A DNA stretch of 64,000 nucleotides, from NCBI RefSeq assembly GCF_009914755.1, contig NC_060936.1; one strand, written 5' to 3'. Under the pieces are notes generated by a model. That model was not told the origin of the DNA and did no database searches. It was given only the letters and a program-made list of their open reading frames with translations. The stretch's first letter is position 1, and each line of letters begins with the position of its first letter. The position numbers and the translations under genes are program-made. The stretch comes from the human T2T-CHM13v2.0 reference genome, Homo sapiens. Of this stretch, positions 1 through 14,085 are shown piece by piece.

Positions 1-1140
1 ACCCCATGCTGTTAACAGTCACTCCCCAACTTCCTCCATCCCCTGACAACCACTAATCTACTTTCTGTCTCTATAGATTTGCCCATTCTGAATATTTTGT
101 ATAAATGGAATCTTATAATATGCAGTCTTTTGTCTGCTTTCTTTCACTTAGCATAATATTTTCAAGGTTCATCCATGTTGTAGCATGTATCAGTTCTTCA
201 TTCCTTTTGATGGCTGAATAATATTCCATTGCATGGACATACCACATTTTATTTATTTGTTAATCAGTTAATAAGTATTTGGATTATTCCCACTTTTTGA
301 TATTATGAATGGTGCTGTTATGATTATTTGTGCACAGGTTTTTATGGGGACATATGTTTTTATTTCACTTGGTAAAATAACTATAAGTGTAGTTGTTAAG
401 TGATACAGTCACTGTACATTTAACCTTTGGAAGCAAAGTACCTTCTGGACTAGCTGCCCCATTTTACATTTCTACCAACAATGTATAAGGGTTTTAATAT
501 ATCCATGTCCTCCCCAACACTTATTATTACCTGCCTTTTAAATTAAAGCCACTCTTGTGTGTGTAAATTTTGTCCTAGTATGGTTTTAATTTGCATTTCC
601 CTGATGACTAACAATGTTGAGCATAATTTCATGTGCTTATTTCATATCTTCTTTGGAGAAATGTCTATTCAGATCCTTTGCCCGTTTTTAATTGGCTTAT
701 TTACCTTTTCATTATTGAATTCTAAGAGTTCTTTACATATTTTGGAAGTAAGTCCCTTAACAGATACAAGATTTGCAAATATTTTTCTCCTATTCTGTGG
801 TTTGTCTTTTCAGTTTCTTGACGGCATTCTTTAAAGCAAAAATATCTTAATTTTGATAAAGTCCAATTAATTTACATTTTTTATAACTTCTGCTTTTGGT
901 ATTGAATTTAAGACATCAAATCTGAGGTTGTGAAGATTGTTTTCTTCTAATAATTGTATAGTTTTAGCCCTTATGTCTAGATCTGTAAAACATTTTGAGT
1001 TAGCTTTTGTGTTTAGTATACTGTAGGGGATCAATTTCATTCTTTTGCATGTGAATATCCATTTGTCTCAGCACTATTTGTAGAAAATATTATTGTTTTT
1101 TCATTGAATGACCTTGGCACTCATGTCAAAAATCAATCAG
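1..1140 (-). mobile_element. Old L1 (L1MB/L1M-type) 3' UTR and ORF2 end, left part
   Basis: Antisense L1 3' motifs (aaccactaatctactttctgtctctatagatttgcc; ttcaaggttcatccatgttgtagcatgtatcag; ttaatttgcatttccctgatgactaa). Confidence 0.9.
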
Positions 1141-1181
1141 CCATTTTCAAGTACACAGTACATTAACTATAGTCACCATTA

Positions 1182-1978
1182 TGATGCAGGACAAGTGAGC
1201 CCCAAAACTGGGGCTTAGCCCAGGAAGGTTTTTGGCTTTGCCCAGGCAAGAATTCAAGGGTGAGCTGGTGGTGTTGGTTGGCAACTTTTATTAAAGCAGC
1301 AGTGCACAGCAGCAGCGGAGGGACTGCTCCTTGTGGAGCAGGGTTACCCCATAGGCAGTGTGCCCAGAGCAGCAGCTCAGAGGCAGGTCTGCAGTCACAT
1401 TTACACCCATTTTAATTATATGCAAATTAAGGGGTGGATTATGCAGAAATTTCTAGAAAATGAGTGGTATCTTCCTGATTGCTGGGTTGTTGCCATGGAC
1501 AGGGGTGATAACTTCCAGGTGCTGCCCTGGCAATGGTAAACTGACATGGCACTGGTGGGCATGTCTTATGGAGAGGTGCTTTTTTTTTTTTTTGAGACAG
1601 GGTCTCACTATGTTGTCCAGGCTGGAGTGTAATGGTGCGAACTCGGCTCACTTGAGCCTCCACTTCCCAGGCTCAAGCAATCCTCCCATCTCAGCCTCCT
1701 GAGTAGCTAGGACTACAGGTGTGCACCACCACACCTGGCTAGTTTTTGTATTTTTTTCTAGAGATGGGTTTTCGCTATGTTTCCCTGGCTGGTCTCAAAC
1801 TCCTGGGCTCAAGTAATCCGCCTGCCTTGCCCTCCCAAAGTGCTGGGATTACAGATGTGAGCCACTGTGCCCCACCTGGAGAGATACTTTCACTTCTTCC
1901 CTGTTTCAGCTAGTCTTCAATATGGTCCAGAGTCCAAGCTCCACCTCCAGAGTCAGTTGAGTCCCGCCTCCTACCTCA
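1182..1978 (-). mobile_element. ERV1 solo LTR (MER66/MER41-group-like), interrupted by an Alu
   Basis: TG...CA termini, perfect 4-bp TSD ATTA (1178-1181, 1979-1982), minus-strand start tgaggtaggaggcgggactc, octamer ATGCAAAT near 1420. Confidence 0.85.
1580..1876 (-). mobile_element. AluJ-like SINE inside the LTR
   Basis: Full dimer with T-tail; degenerate TSD tggagaggtgcttt / tggagagatacttt. Confidence 0.95.
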
Positions 1979-2029
1979 ATTATGTACAATAAATCTCTTG
2001 AACTTATTCCAATCAATTAATCAATCAGT

Positions 2030-2412
2030 AAACAATCACTTGGCCAAAATATAAGGTTTATTTCTGGATTCTCAATTTTATTCCATTGATCTATATGCCT
2101 ATATTTTACTACTACCCTGTCTTGGTCTCTGTAGCTTTGTAGTAAGTTTTAATTGGAACTTGTGAGTCCTCCAATATTGTTCTTTTTTAAGATCATTCTC
2201 CCTATTCTAATCTCCTTGCATTTCCATATGAAACTTAGTATCAGCCTGCCAATTTCTGCAAGGAAAAAAAGCCAGTTGATATTTTGATAGGTATTGCATT
2301 TAATCTGTAAATCAATTTGAGGATTATTGCCTTCTTAAAAATCATAAATCAACATGAGATCTTTCCATTTATTTAGGTTCTCTTTAGTTTCTTTCAACAA
2401 TATCTTACAGTT
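2030..2412 (-). mobile_element. Old L1 ORF2, continuation of the element at 1-1140
   Basis: gtttatttctggattctc..ttccattgatctat..ctgtagctttgtagtaagtttt resumes the L1 consensus where 1140 stops. Confidence 0.85.
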
Positions 2413-2659
2413 AATGGACTGTCTTTTGCATCCTGGGGTAGAGGCTACCTGCTTTGATCATCTCTGGTTCAGGGATTTAGGCACATTCATGAGGCTAATT
2501 CTATTACTTGCTGTACAATATTTTCTTTAGCCACCCTTTACTTGACAGCAACTAAGATGGCTCTCAGTGTGACTCTTGGCAGGTAGGAGGATGAGCTGGA
2601 CCTTCTGCTGAGTGTGCTATATTTCTTATCCATCACTACTGATGATGATGATGATTAGA

Positions 2660-2842
2660 TGAGTACTATGCTAAGTGTTTGTTTTTGTTTTTTTAATCCA
2701 TGATCTCATTTTATCTTCAAAACATCCCAGTGAGGTAGGAATGATTACCTCTGTTTTGCAGATGGAAAAATTGAGCTTCAGGGAAGCACACATCTAAAAA
2801 AGGAGCAGAGCATGTAGTTGAACCAGGTATCTTGACATCCAA
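2660..2842 (-). mobile_element. MIR
   Basis: MIR core gtgaggtagg..ttttgcagatggaaaaattgagcttcag. Confidence 0.7.
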
Positions 2843-3904
2843 CTCTGGCCACTTCCAGGCCACCCCAGTATGCCATCTCCCAGGTGGGTGTCAAATTTTG
2901 CCAATGAACTGTCTTTCCATTCCCTTTCAGTTGTACCGAAGACATAATAGTTACAGAGTACAGGGCATATAACTTGGCCCTGACTTGCTAGAGTCTCCTC
3001 TTCAAATTACCAAAACAGAAGCTGGTTGTATTCTTAGCAGCTGCTTCTGATTTCCATTCTTGGACCAAAATTTTTGTTCAAGAACCAGAAACTTGTTCGA
3101 CTCATAAAACTCATCAGACCTCATGGGAGGATTGGACTATATGTATGTTCCAGGATGGAGCCCACCAGAATTACTGAAACAGAATCCCTGGGGTGAGCAG
3201 GAGTTAAAAGGAGCCTAGGATTTTGAATTTTAATAAGAACTTCAAGTAGTTTATGATCCATCTAATCCAGAAGACATGAGTAATGGAACCCACCCACCCA
3301 TCCATCATTTTATTCCTTCATCCATCCATCCATCTCCTCATCTTTAAGATTGGGATAGTACTAGTACCCAGCTTATATGGTACATAAGTCAAATGAAGAT
3401 ATATGTAGGACATGCTTAAGAGTGCCTGGTATGTTGTGAGAGCTGATTAAGACTTACACGTGGGCATCTCCTATGGTCCTGGCTTTTTTCTGGTTATTAA
3501 AGACACATTAGAAACAGGCAAGGCCTTGTCCTTCTGGTAATGACCATCTAGCTGGAATGAGGACAAATTTGGGCATCAGATCAAACGGGGTTCAACTCTT
3601 GCCTCTGCCACCAGCACTGAACATGGACACACCACTGTACTTCCCTGGATCCATTTTATCAAATATAAAGTGAGAATAATGATAGAGTTATTATTTAATA
3701 ATAATCAGAATTAAATAAGATAATATATATAAACTGCTTCACTACATATTAAAAGATACTTTATTTATTTTTCCTTCTTCACTGATAACTTAAAAAAAGT
3801 AGGTAATAGTAGTAATAATAATGATGTTTGCCATGGATTGAATACTTACTATGTGCCAAGTGCTTTACATTCATTCTCAATTCATACGAAGAAGAATAAG
3901 AAAG

Positions 3905-4115
3905 TAAGTACTTACATGGGGCTTATCACACATCAGGCATTGTTCTAAGCACCTTATGATATTAATTAACTCATTGCATGATCACAACTACCTTATGAAG
4001 TAGGGATAATTATTATCCCTATTTTATAATAAAGGAGGCTGAGGCTCAGAGAGGCACAGCAAATTGCCTAAGGTCGCACAGCTAGTAAGTGGCAGAGCTG
4101 GGATTTAAATCCATA
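3905..4115 (-). mobile_element. MIR
   Basis: gaggctcagagagg..tgcctaaggtcgcacagctagtaagtggcagagctgggatttaaatcc. Confidence 0.85.
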
Positions 4116-4749
4116 TCTCTTTTTAATCTGGGGATGTTAATATTTAACTGCCATGTTATGTGGCTTCCCACAGAAAGGTGGCTAAACACCCACAGGAAAT
4201 TGGTGGAAAGGATTCCAAACTAATTGAGAGCTTCAATCACCACACCTGCAAATTGAAGCATGTTCCATGGAGCCCCTGTGGAAATTCTCTTGTGACAAAA
4301 AGATATGTCCAGACTTACCTAATTTCCCCTCAACTTTGCACAGAGCCAGCTTTGCCAAGTTCTCCTGCCATGCAGGAATCTAGAGAGCCCCTTGGAGGGA
4401 TTTAATTTCCCTAATCTCGCCAAGCACAAGGAGAGTGTGGGAGACATGAAAGGCACCAGTTATTTATTTCATGAATAGATAACGGCAAGCCATTTAGAGG
4501 GAGCAGTGGCAGGAAGATGAAAAAGCTATTAATGCAGTCGGAAGCTCATTTCTTTCAGAGTGGTCAGCAGCAGCGGAGAGGACAAAAATAAGAAAATATT
4601 GCAATGGCTGCTCAAGACAACACAAATTATTCAGGAGATATTAAAGTGCATTGTTCACCATCGTAAACATTTTTTTAAATGTTTATGAGCTCTGTTCAAA
4701 GGCATCTTGATGGATGAAACCCAATAACCTTTATGGGGGGTGTGCATGT

Positions 4750-4752
<3 letters not shown>

Positions 4753-4785
<33 letters not shown>
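4753..4785. repeat. (TG)n microsatellite
   Basis: About 16 GT units. Confidence 0.95.
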
Positions 4786-4789
<4 letters not shown>

Positions 4790-5609
4790 GCATTTATTTT
4801 GTTCTAGTTTCCTAGTATTCTTTGTAAATCCTTTCTTTGAGCTGATCCACTCAGCAGTGGATAGACTGGGTCTACATAATGTAAAGAAGTCCGTGCTCCC
4901 TAGTTCCCTGAGCAGTTGTCCTGTTCTTGGTGTCCGCTGTGCTACAGATGAGGCTCTGGGAAGCTGGGAGCTGATTTGAAGCAGACTAATAGAAGCAAAA
5001 AAAAAAAATTGCTCTGATTCTGGGAGGAGTGAAATGAGGCCGAGTGTAGAGATGAGATGTGGCAGTATTTCCTTGCATGTGTTGGGAATTGTATGTCCCT
5101 ATCCAAAGCGGGGCCTACCAGGACAAGATTTGGGGAATACTTGCACCACTGAGCCCTGTGAGAGATTCATAATGTATGGGATCTTGTTTGAGGCTGTGTG
5201 ATTCTTGAAGAAAAATGATCCCTTTAACATAGCTTAGTCCACTTTTTCCAATCATTGACCATAGCGCAGCACCTGTAAAACTCTAATTCCATAGAGAATT
5301 CTTTCTGAAACACTACAACTTTTTTTAAGTTAAAAAAATTGAGCAAAGCTGCTAAGCATGGCAATTAAGCCATGCTATCATTTCCATACACAATTATCAG
5401 CTCAATTATTTTGAATAAAATGACTTGTCAATTCAGGTTAAATAACTGACCGAATTAGACAACTTACTGGTTTGATAGCTTTTCTTCCCCCCTACTTGAA
5501 TTGGTTTACTTTTGATTTGGGACTCAGGCGTATAACCAACTGAATTGTTAAGGGTGGATTAATTTTTGAATCCATTAACCAGCTTTGTAGACTGGTTGAA
5601 AACACCAGT

Positions 5610-5840
5610 ATGGGAGTCCAATGCACCAGGGTTAAATCCTGGCACTTTCACTTTCTAGAGGTGTGACTTTGGGAAAGTTACTAAACCTCTCTATTGAAGC
5701 TTCAGTTTCCTCATCTGTAAAATAAACAATAATAATTAGACTCATTTGATTGGATTGTGGGGTCTCATGGAAGTAATTCAGATAAAAAGCTTAGCACGGG
5801 GTTGGCACATAATGAGTTTTCAGTAAGTGTTGGTTATCAT
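5610..5840 (+). mobile_element. MIR
   Basis: gtgtgactttgggaaagttact..cagtttcctcatctgtaaaat..ggcacataatgag. Confidence 0.85.
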
Positions 5841-6369
5841 CATCATAATTGTCATTGTCATCATAATTAGAAGGAAGGGGCTGAGGATAGCAGGTGAACT
5901 GTAAGTTTTTCTTTCAGTCTCAGGAATGCTTGAGGAAAGTTGGACTCTTGGTGGTATCAATAAAAGGAATGTATCCACTAGAGATAAATGATGGTCTTGC
6001 TGGGATGGCTATCTGCTCATCACTGACCCAGAGGTGTCCTGAGCACACTTTGTTGTCGCGTTCTTATTTGTTGGGTGTAATTACAGGTGATGTAATTATG
6101 GGATGCAGGTGCACCGAAAAATGGGAGCATGACATGCACCCTTCCCATTTTCTATAGAATGTCCTAGATTCTATGTCATTAGCAAGATATTCAAGCGGAG
6201 GGACCTGAGATCCTGCAGCTTCCCTGCGCTGAAGTGACCCACAGTCACACCAGTACCCATCCCTAAAGACCAAAATGGTGACTAGGGCATTGGACACTGG
6301 GTCTGGGTGTCCATGTCCTTTATGATACTCTTAGGCTAACATGCTACACTGCTTCTTATTCCATATTCC

Positions 6370-6607
6370 TTTTTTCTTTTTCTTTCTTTTTTTGAGACAG
6401 GATGTTCTATAGACCAAGCCAGAGTGCAGTGGCATGATCATGGCTCACTGTAGCCTCAACCTCCTGAACTGAAGTGATCCTCCTGCCACAGCTTCCCTAG
6501 TAAGTGGGACTACAGGTGTGCACCACTATACCCAGCTTATTTTTTTAAAGTTTTTATAGAGATGGGGTCTCAGTTTTGTGCCCAGGCTGGTCTTAAACTC
6601 CTGGGCT
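6370..6607 (-). mobile_element. 5'-truncated AluJ
   Basis: T-rich tail, full right arm, partial left arm ending at aactcctgggct. Confidence 0.9.
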
Positions 6608-6729
6608 TTTAAAATGAAGCAAAACTCATGCCTGGTAAGCCTATCGTATCTTGTGAGTTTCAGTGACAATTCAAACCTGAAACTTGCTCCAGTGGCTTTG
6701 AAAGTATTATGTGATCTGCAGTTAAAAAT

Positions 6730-6905
6730 ATCTGGACTTGACTTAGCATTGTAATTTATTCACTGTGTAACTTTAAGCAAGTTACTTAATCTCCCTAAAC
6801 CTCAGGTTCCTCTTCTGTAAAATGGGAATAAAAATACACACCTCATAGAGCTGTGACTAATTAAACGAGATAATATATGGCAATGCCCAGAACAATGTCT
6901 GGCTC
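6730..6905 (+). mobile_element. MIR
   Basis: gcaagttacttaatctccctaaacctcaggttcctcttctgtaaaatggg. Confidence 0.8.
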
Positions 6906-8049
6906 AAAAACAGAACAATGATTATATAAAATGCCCACATAATGCTCTGAGCTGAGTCTGGCCAAGGAGATTTTCTGCAGGCTTCTCTTCTGCTCATCAG
7001 GGACCATCCTGAGCCAGGCATCACATCTCCAGTTAGTTATAAAGTTGCCCCCTGCCTGGCATTTAGCCTTCTCTAGACATTGACTTGGGGTGTTTTAATC
7101 TACAAATACAGCATGAGTTCTGTGAGGCCAGAACATCTAATTCATGTCTAGTTCCCTCCCCTAGCCTTTGGCAAAATACCGTAAATATCTACATTATTTT
7201 ATGGCTGAAGTGTAGGACACATGTTAGAGTGCTGAGGACATTAAACCTGGACTGGTTTGATGATGTCATGTAGTAAAGGCCAAGCTAATGAGTTTGAACT
7301 CTATCTTATAGGCAGTGGGGTGCCATGGAAGGCTTTTGAGCAGGCAAGTGCTAGGATAGGATTCATACAATATTAATAATAATGATGATGTTAATAATGG
7401 CAATGGTGCTGATGATGAGAAAATTTGAGCTTCTCCTTTGTACCAAGAACTGTGCTAAATGTTTTACATGTATCTTGGCACTTACTCCTGACAATGACTC
7501 TATGAGCTTAGAATATTGGATAATTGGCTGTGTGCTGGGCAGATTGAGGGCAGAATGACTGGAGTCTTTTGAGACTTGATATAGGCTTCCATTAAGGAAG
7601 GACAGTGAAAATGGAATTGACAAGCCCTCAAACACATAATGCACATTTGTCAATTTTACTGGTCAGCCAAATATTCCCTTAGTTCAGTAAAATGTTCAAC
7701 CAAATCAATTTAATCCTTTATGTCAGAACAGCCAAAGTAGTCATGGCTTGTATAGAAAGAACCTTATTAGGTTTAAAGGGATGTTGTGACTTATTTGTAG
7801 CTAGGTCATAATGTCCCCCAAGAGGATATTCTAGGGAATGTCTGTGGCAGAGGTTTTCATGGTCTAATGCATGAAGTCGCTGAGTTGGGGCAATTTTCTT
7901 TTAGCTAGAGGCTGTGCTCTTCTGACTTGAGACTTTCCTATCTCTTTAGTGAAAAGCTCTTCTGGGACCATTCTGAGAATTCTGATTGGCCACTGGTTAT
8001 GTTGTTTGTCTTTCACAATTCCATTCTGCATGTTGCCACTATTCCCTCA

Positions 8050-8340
8050 CTTACTTAAGTCACAAACTAGTGTCATCCTAGCAGCCCTCTCTGTCCAGTC
8101 TTGTTAATCACCAAGCTTGCCAAAATGAATTCCCCAAGAGCTCTTACATCCATTCCCATCTCCCCATCCCCTTTGCCACCTTCATCCAGGGCACCATTAT
8201 TACTCATCCCAGGACTGAAACAGCATCCTAACTGGTCTTCCTGCTCCCAGTCTTGCCTCTCCAACCTGTTCTTCACATTGCAGCTGGAATGCTGTTTACA
8301 ATATTCAAATCTGATATGCCATTCTCTTGCTTCAGAACCC
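8050..8340 (+). mobile_element. L2 fragment
   Basis: cagcatcctaactggtcttcctgc..aaatctgat..tgcttcagaaccc resembles the L2 3' region. Confidence 0.7.
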
Positions 8341-8988
8341 AAACCCCACGTCCTGTCAGTTTAAGAGTGTCCAGGCACTCTCAAATTCTTTCGGGGAATC
8401 TAGTTCTTAACCTGACACTGAGAAGCCACGGTAGGTGACCCCATTTCCCCTGCCGCTCACTCCCTTTTTCATGCCCCCATCAGCAGGGGGGTGGGGGAGC
8501 TGGTAAATGAGTGCCATATTTCCCTGGGAGGTTCCTCCAGGGCTGTATCTGCAGTTTCAGTGGAGATTGATGAACTTTCAAATGATGAGATTTCTGGGGG
8601 CATTTATTGACATATAAATCAAAATCCAATTTTTGTGAAAGAAAATCCCAGCTGGTTCACATGGCAGGATTATGAAACAGTTTTTGCTTTGTGCACAGCC
8701 TCCTGTATGATGTAAAATGATTTTATCTTCCACAAAGGAAGCCTGGCTTTTTGACTTCTGCTGGCATTTTCCTGGGTTAATCCTGGCACTGGGTTCAGTT
8801 TGAATATTTCCCATATGATTGGCATCCTGAGACTGCCAACTTATGAGGAGAGGAAGAGAAGTGAAATTTATTGAGAGCCTACTATGTACCAGGCTTGTCC
8901 CTACAATATCCTATTTTGAGCTTCACAGCAATTAGTGGGGCCTTACCGTCAATCGTGTGGCCATCTTTCCATCTTCTTCCTAAGAAAG

Positions 8989-9546
8989 TGTGTTAATTAC
9001 CTATCATTACATAACAAATTGACACATACTTAGCTGCTTCCACCAAACTCACACTTATTTCCTCACAGTTTCTGTGATCAAGTCTGGACGCAGTTTAAGT
9101 AGGTTTTCTGCTTAGGGATTTCCAAGTTTTCAATCCAAGTCTTGGCCAAGGCTGTGGTCTCATTTGAGCCTCAACCAGGGGAAGGATCTGCTTCCAAGCT
9201 CCCATGGCTCTTTTTAGTGGTCCATTCCTAGTCGGCTGTAGAACTGAGGACCTCAGTTTCTTGATGCTTCTTGGCCAGAAACCCCCAGTTTATTGACACA
9301 TGACCCTTCCCAACATAGTTGTCTACTTCTTCTGATCCAGTGGGAGAGAGAGAGCCTTCAAGCAGATAGATGTTACAATCTTATGTAACATTATCCCAGA
9401 AATGACATCATTCCACAATCTTTGTCATATTTGTCAGTTGGAAGCCAGACACAGGTCCCACACACACTCAAGGGGAGGGGATCACACACAGCATGAGTAC
9501 GATGAAGCGGGAATCAGGGGGGCCACCCTAGAGTCTATCTGCCACA
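8989..9546 (-). mobile_element. MaLR solo LTR (MLT1F-like)
   Basis: TG...CA ends, perfect 5-bp TSD GAAAG (8984-8988, 9547-9551), MLT1 motifs (ggatctgcttccaagctc; caaggggaggggatcacac). Confidence 0.85.
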
Positions 9547-10832
9547 GAAAGATTAGTACATTCAATGTCACTCAGCTACCAAGACTCAGGTTGTACCACT
9601 ATGCTCTCCTGCCAACTGATTCCACAGACTGTGAAAGAACTGCCTGGGGGCTTTACCCTGAATGCTGATGCCAAAGTCATTTATTCATCCCTGGAGCTGC
9701 TGTGTTGATTTTAAACCTGAATCATTAAAACAGTGAGGGGAAGTGAAGCAATTCTTCAAAAGACAACTGGGGTATTGTTACCCTAAATGGAGAAGAGATC
9801 CTGAGTGTGTCCACTCCTGCTGGAAACAGGCCTCTAAAGGCAGAGATTCTGTGATGGAGCCCAAGTGACCACAATGCACTGTGGCCTTTGGAAAAAGCAC
9901 ACATGGCTGCTCAGGGGTAAATGCCAAACACAGGCTCTTTCCTTCTGATCATCCTTCACAAAAGAGGTCCATGCCATCTGGCTTATTTAACGAAGTCTTG
10001 CTGCTCTGTTTTTATTTTCCCACCAACACTCACAGCCACCAGTTTGATGTTTGGAGCTCTTCCAACTCTTGAATTCTGACCAAGACTTTTAAATCCTACA
10101 TAGCTGTCATATGTAGTTGTATGGGTTGTGCACTGCATAACAGATGCCTGAGAGGGTGAATCATATGGAGACTTTGTTTGCAACAGCAATGAACACGCAC
10201 ATCATCATTTCCCCTTCTTTTTGTGATAATACCCCAGTTTTGTTTTGTTTTGTTTTAGATGCCTTCTCCCTCCATTCTCTAGATTTTATACTACTCATTA
10301 AGCCAGGGAGAGTTTTCTGCCTGGGGGAAGAGTCACCTTCTTCCAATTCACATACACAGACCCATCTAGGCTTGCAGCAACCTCGATGACTATTTTCAGG
10401 ATGGTGAGCCTTCTTCTGGAGTAGGTAGTGACATAATCTGCCTAAGCTGACTTTGAGAGCAAGTGACTCAGAGCTTCTAAAACCAACTGACAGCTACCCA
10501 ATCACGGTGGAAATTCTGCTTTCAATACACTGCACCTAAACTCCTAAGTCCATATGTAGAATCATTAAGCTGAAGAACGTGCAGCTCCAGCTGTCATGTG
10601 CCTTTAAATAAGCCTTAAAATCGACAGCCAAGATTGGACTCAATGCTGATTTTCAGACATAAAGGCTGTGCTAGGGGGGTGAGTATTGAAAAGCCACATT
10701 AAAAAATATGCAATCAACACCAGCTGTTGTCCAATTAAATTCAATCGATGAAAGTTGTTTATAGAGATTACACACATACACTTTACCCAACAAATCACTT
10801 CCTTCGAAATGTGAAGTTTGGTAAACACAGCA

Positions 10833-10977
10833 GTGGTTCTCATAGTGAGGTCCATGGACCACTCACACCAGAATGAAGTCCTTAATAAAAATGCAGATTT
10901 TTGGTCCCCACCTCAGACCTACGGAGTCCAAATATTTTAGGAGAGAGAGGTTCAAGAATCTGATTTCTAACAAGCAC
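10833..10977. mobile_element. MER5A (hAT-Charlie) fragment
   Basis: cagtggttctca..aaatgcagatt..ccccacctcagacctac..tttctaacaagc. Confidence 0.75.
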
Positions 10978-11307
10978 TATGCAAAACGAGGCACTATTTT
11001 AAGGCTTCCAGGAATACTGAGATACATTACTCTTAACTCTCAAGCCAGAATAAACTGTTTTAATTGGATTAAGGTTTTGGTCTCCAGGAGAAACCTCTGG
11101 AGATGCCCTTAACAGAGTAAATCTCCTCCATTTTGGGCCTTTGAAACTTTATAAGAACGTATTCCTCTAAGACTTTGCTCCTGTCAGTTCGCCCAATTCC
11201 CTGACATCTCCAAATGACTGCATCAGGAACTTTAAAATTCACCATGTATCAGGATCTGGAGGGAACATTTAAAAGTGACACCTACTTGGGCCCCAGATTT
11301 GCAATCA

Positions 11308-12208
<901 letters not shown>

Positions 12209-12214
12209 AGTGGG

Positions 12215-12680
12215 GGAGGTTCCAGGATTCACTTGGGACTTAGGGCTGCAAGATGGCTCTATAATTCTTCTGCCACTCCCCAGCCCCCTAAAACACATGG
12301 ACGTGAGCTGACTGCAACAGCACCAAACCTCATGGCCTCACACAACTGCTTTCAAAAGGTAGAAAGTAGGGGTTGAAGAAGCAACAGGGAGTTGGAAGCC
12401 ATGGTGGTAAGATAGCTCTCTTGAGACCCTCTGTCTTTTGACCATGGAGCATCTAGAAAGCTTCACTCTATGTCTCACTGGCAGAACTGTGTCACATGAC
12501 TCCCCTGGCTGCAAGAGAGTCTGAAAGAGTGAGGATCTATTGAAGAGAAATGTTTGGCTTACCAAACATGCTTTATCTTCTAGGGCATATCCAAACAAAA
12601 TCGGGATTCTGCTAACATGCTTTATCTCTTAGGGCATATCCAAACAAAATTGGGATTCTGCTAGTAATAAGAAAGAGGGA
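12215..12680 (-). mobile_element. MLT1J/K-like LTR fragment (probably continues 11310-11390)
   Basis: tctcactggcagaactgtgtcacatgactcccctggctgcaagagagtctg..aaacaaaattgggattctgctagta. Confidence 0.6.
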
Positions 12681-12879
12681 ATGCTCCAGATGAAATGGAG
12701 CAGGCCAAGCTCTCTAGGTGAGTCTAATAACACACCAGAGAAGGCAGAGAAACACAGGATTAAATGCCATTCATTACTCGTGGCCAAGGTCAGATTATCA
12801 TCTCTTCCATGAAGTCTCTACTAGATCGTTTAAGCTAGAAGTAACCTTTCTCTTTGCCATTCCCCTACCATGGTAGGTC

Positions 12880-13042
12880 ACAATTCTGACTGCATATTAG
12901 ATTCACTTTTTCAAAAACCACCAATGCTTTGGCCTTACCCAAGACTAGTTGAATCGGAGTCTTTAGGAATGAGGCCTGGAGCATTTGTTCTTGGAAATAT
13001 CCTCAAGGGATTTGAATGTAAAGCAAGAATTGAGAGCCACTG
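12880..13042. mobile_element. MER5-family fragment
   Basis: gactgcatattagattcac..gaatcggagtct..gaattgagagccactg. Confidence 0.65.
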
Positions 13043-13082
13043 TCCTAAAATATTCTATCTCATCTCTTTAAAAAAAAATGGT

Positions 13083-13778
<696 letters not shown>

Positions 13779-14034
13779 AAATAAAGTTCATGAAGTACAC
13801 ATAGGTATTTTATGGCTCTTTCACAAAAATGTGCTAATATATAATAAATACAAAATCTAAAGAAAAACAAGTAATATGTACTAATTACGAAAATTCAATT
13901 GTGCAGAAATGTGGAAAATAAGAAATGTATTTTCTGTTTTCTGCTATTGCCCTCATCATCTGATTCTCCTTTTCTCAATGATTATGACTTCTCCCAGTGG
14001 TTGGTGTGTATCCTTTCAGAGATTTTCTATGCAT

Positions 14035-14038
<4 letters not shown>

Positions 14039-14080
<42 letters not shown>
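14039..14080. repeat. (CA)21 microsatellite
   Basis: Uninterrupted CA run. Confidence 0.97.

Positions 14081-14085
<5 letters not shown>

Larger units (their letters stand above)
1141..2010 (-). mobile_element. ~70-bp L1MA 3'-UTR fragment (1141-1181 plus 1983-2010) split by an LTR
   Basis: ttttcaagtacac..ttaactatagtcacca joins tgtacaataaatctcttgaacttattcc, matching the L1MA antisense 3' UTR (compare the paralogous text at ~19800-19872). Confidence 0.7.

Noticed and set aside
2905-3147. Possible exon after a good-looking acceptor (ctttccattccctttcag)
   Set aside because: Weak donor, no ORF and no independent support; such sites are common by chance.
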